A DNA stretch of 64,000 nt, from contig OZ242274.1 of NCBI GenBank assembly GCA_965207375.1, positions 1,248,001-1,312,000 of the forward strand. The letters are read 5' to 3'. The position numbers and the translations under genes are program-made. Below are positions 61,934 through 64,000 of the stretch, piece after piece (within the stretch, counting starts at the first letter, position 1; each line of letters begins with the position of its first letter). The DNA comes from Nitrosopumilaceae archaeon (lineage in GTDB: Archaea; Thermoproteota; Nitrososphaeria; Nitrososphaerales; Nitrosopumilaceae). The notes below the pieces were generated by a model. The model was not told the origin of the DNA. It worked only from the letters and a program-made list of their open reading frames with translations, and ran no database searches.

Positions 61934-62968
61934 TTGAAGACAGTACATTTGACAACACTTGGTATTTTGATTATTGCTGCAATGTTTTCATCAACTTTTG
62001 CAGAAATTCCATCCCCGAAACAACAGCTAGACCAAGGAGTGGCACCTGAAGAGATTGTGTGCAAACCTGAAAAGAGTCTGATATTAAGAGAGTCAGGCAT
62101 TCCTGCATGTGTAACGCCTGCAACGGCTGAAAAAATGCAGCTGCGAGGATGGACAATAATATATCTAAAAGCACCATCTTTGGAAAATGCTACTCAAATA
62201 GATGATGAACACGCCGACACACCAAAAGCGGTTCTGCCTCAATATCCTGCAACAACCAGTCAAATTGATACGATTCCTGCATCATCAAATAGTATCGTGA
62301 ATTTTTACATTACAGATCAGGATCTAAACCGTGCACCAAATGCAGCCGAGACTGTCTCCACACAAGGGTTATTTGAATTCACAATTAACGGAGTGCAGAT
62401 TCGGGGGCCAGACAAAATGATAGAGACAGGATTTGATACTGGGAAATTTTTTCTAAGACTGCAACTTCCAGATGATATCGACGGACGTGCACTACAACAT
62501 GACGATGTGGTTTTAATAAAGTATTTGGATAAAAATGACCATGCAGGAGACAAGAGTATTTTAACAAAATCAGTCGTTTTGTCATCTGTGTATGCCAAAA
62601 TAGAAACAAGTGGGGGAGGCACAAGAATAGGTCATGAATTTACGATTCGAATCTATGAACCCGATGCAAACACAGATTCACAAGATGAGAACAAAATTCC
62701 ATTAAGCACTCTTGAATATAGGGGTGAAGGCCGAATACGAACTACGCTTGCCAATCCTGCATTTGATGCAAATTCTGGATATCTGATAGAGACTGGACCA
62801 AACACTGGCGTCTTTGAGGCAAAGATCAAGATTCCAAGGGAATTAGACGGCGAAATCATCCACATAGGTGACTGGTATGAAATCACATATATTGACAAAA
62901 GTACACCATCTGGAGACGAAGAGATTATTTTTAAAGGCAGGATAGGAAGTCAAATTCCTGATAACTAA
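61934..62968 (+). CDS. secreted hypothetical protein
   Basis: Signal peptide; SPKQQ..GV....I.C.....CV.P.TA.K...RGW module; two ETG..TG.F repeats as seen in thaumarchaeal surface proteins. Confidence 0.8.
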   Translation: MKTVHLTTLGILIIAAMFSSTFAEIPSPKQQLDQGVAPEEIVCKPEKSLILRESGIPACVTPATAEKMQLRGWTIIYLKAPSLENATQIDDEHADTPKAVLPQYPATTSQIDTIPASSNSIVNFYITDQDLNRAPNAAETVSTQGLFEFTINGVQIRGPDKMIETGFDTGKFFLRLQLPDDIDGRALQHDDVVLIKYLDKNDHAGDKSILTKSVVLSSVYAKIETSGGGTRIGHEFTIRIYEPDANTDSQDENKIPLSTLEYRGEGRIRTTLANPAFDANSGYLIETGPNTGVFEAKIKIPRELDGEIIHIGDWYEITYIDKSTPSGDEEIIFKGRIGSQIPDN

Positions 62969-63025
62969 CAGCTAAACTGCCGCACTAGGAAAATATTATA
63001 TCTGCAAGTGGGAGCGAAATGGTAG

Positions 63026-64000
63026 ATGTCTCCTGATCCGGTAAAAAATCTAATTGAGGAGCTAGGATCACACCTGACACAAAAAGAGCACTCTGATGTG
63101 GTTTTAAACAACGGTGAAGGAAAACAATTTGAGATAAAACCCTCAGAATTTATGGCAATAAAGCCCACAGATATACTTCGAAAAATTGCATTTGTTGACG
63201 GTGGAGATGGCACCTTGGAAGAATCACCCAATTTTCTAATTACCATTAATCGCGTTTATTTTTCTATATTTGAAGGCAAGAGACGAATCAAGCCAAAATC
63301 AAATCCCCGAATACAATTTTTTGCATGTGTTACATCAAAGATTCAAACAAAGGATGGCAAAAAAAAGATAATCTATGACACCAGGCTGTTTGTGCACAAA
63401 GACGAGGATCAGCAGTATCTTCCCTCAGAGCCTGATTTGACATCTCAAGTTGAGCGTACCTCGATTTTGCAGGGTGCCCGCCTAAATTCACTTGGCAGAA
63501 GATTTGCAGAATGGAAGATGACATTACATGTGATTGAAAATGAGTTAAACGCAGGAGACGTGATTGTAATGGACGGTTCCCTCCAAACCCAGTTTAAAAA
63601 TGAAACAAAATATGCAAATATGGTATATGATGCAGCATTACAAAAAGGGATTATAGTGTGTGGATTGGCAAAAACTAGCAGACTTATCACAGAATCCGGC
63701 GATCCGCTCTTGGCACGAATTGCAGAAATTGCAGAAGATGTATCATTTGGAACATGGTACGTCAAGGTAGCAGAAAAGGTATCTTCAGATGACCGAGGTT
63801 TTATGCTTGCTGCAAAGTTTCATGAAAAATCTCCATTTGTGTTTAGATTTGAGATACTGCAAGAGCAATTCAAACATATGACTCTTGATGAGATAAATTC
63901 TGTTCTGTATAGTTTGGCTGCAAACTCACAAGATGTGGCCATGATTGGATACCCATATGGTGCAATTGATGCAGACAGGTTTGCCCAGGTAAGAATGGAC
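63026..64000 (+). CDS. nurA: NurA-family nuclease (partial, runs off the window)
   Basis: Open frame from ATG 63026: IAFVDGG, VMDGSL, GLAKTS, GYPYGAIDADRFA. Confidence 0.85.
   Translation, partial: MSPDPVKNLIEELGSHLTQKEHSDVVLNNGEGKQFEIKPSEFMAIKPTDILRKIAFVDGGDGTLEESPNFLITINRVYFSIFEGKRRIKPKSNPRIQFFACVTSKIQTKDGKKKIIYDTRLFVHKDEDQQYLPSEPDLTSQVERTSILQGARLNSLGRRFAEWKMTLHVIENELNAGDVIVMDGSLQTQFKNETKYANMVYDAALQKGIIVCGLAKTSRLITESGDPLLARIAEIAEDVSFGTWYVKVAEKVSSDDRGFMLAAKFHEKSPFVFRFEILQEQFKHMTLDEINSVLYSLAANSQDVAMIGYPYGAIDADRFAQVRMD

Overview
AT-rich window from an ammonia-oxidising archaeon (Nitrososphaerota, Nitrosopumilaceae-like). The assignment rests on Rpo7/Spt4, aEF-1beta, CDC48, Pth2, TruD, geranylgeranyl reductase, NurA, plastocyanin-type copper proteins, a PEF-type sorting signal and the NadX/NadA/NadC pathway. 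The conserved backbone is broken up by long intergenic tracts that carry pseudogenes, a recently inserted IS5-like element (8-bp TSD) with a truncated identical copy, and several unrelated ~100-bp MITE-like repeat families. This pattern suggests a host-associated lineage (inference). The main candidate for an undescribed system is a dispersed family of secreted proteins sharing an unannotated ~60-aa His/Trp helical module (HVDxWNRVLAAFG..HDNPMTAxEA..N..KYS.PLW). It occurs 5 times in 3 loci: a coiled-coil protein with exact 147-bp repeats, a Calx-beta-like protein with a C10 tract between its putative TATA box and start codon, and a chimeric pseudogene. Other candidates are a ~105-nt three-way-junction small RNA, a decayed DUF3800/hsdM islet with a downstream hairpin, and a secreted trypsin-like protease with Cys repeats and a coupled small ORF. 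All calls were made by eye; no database searches were run.
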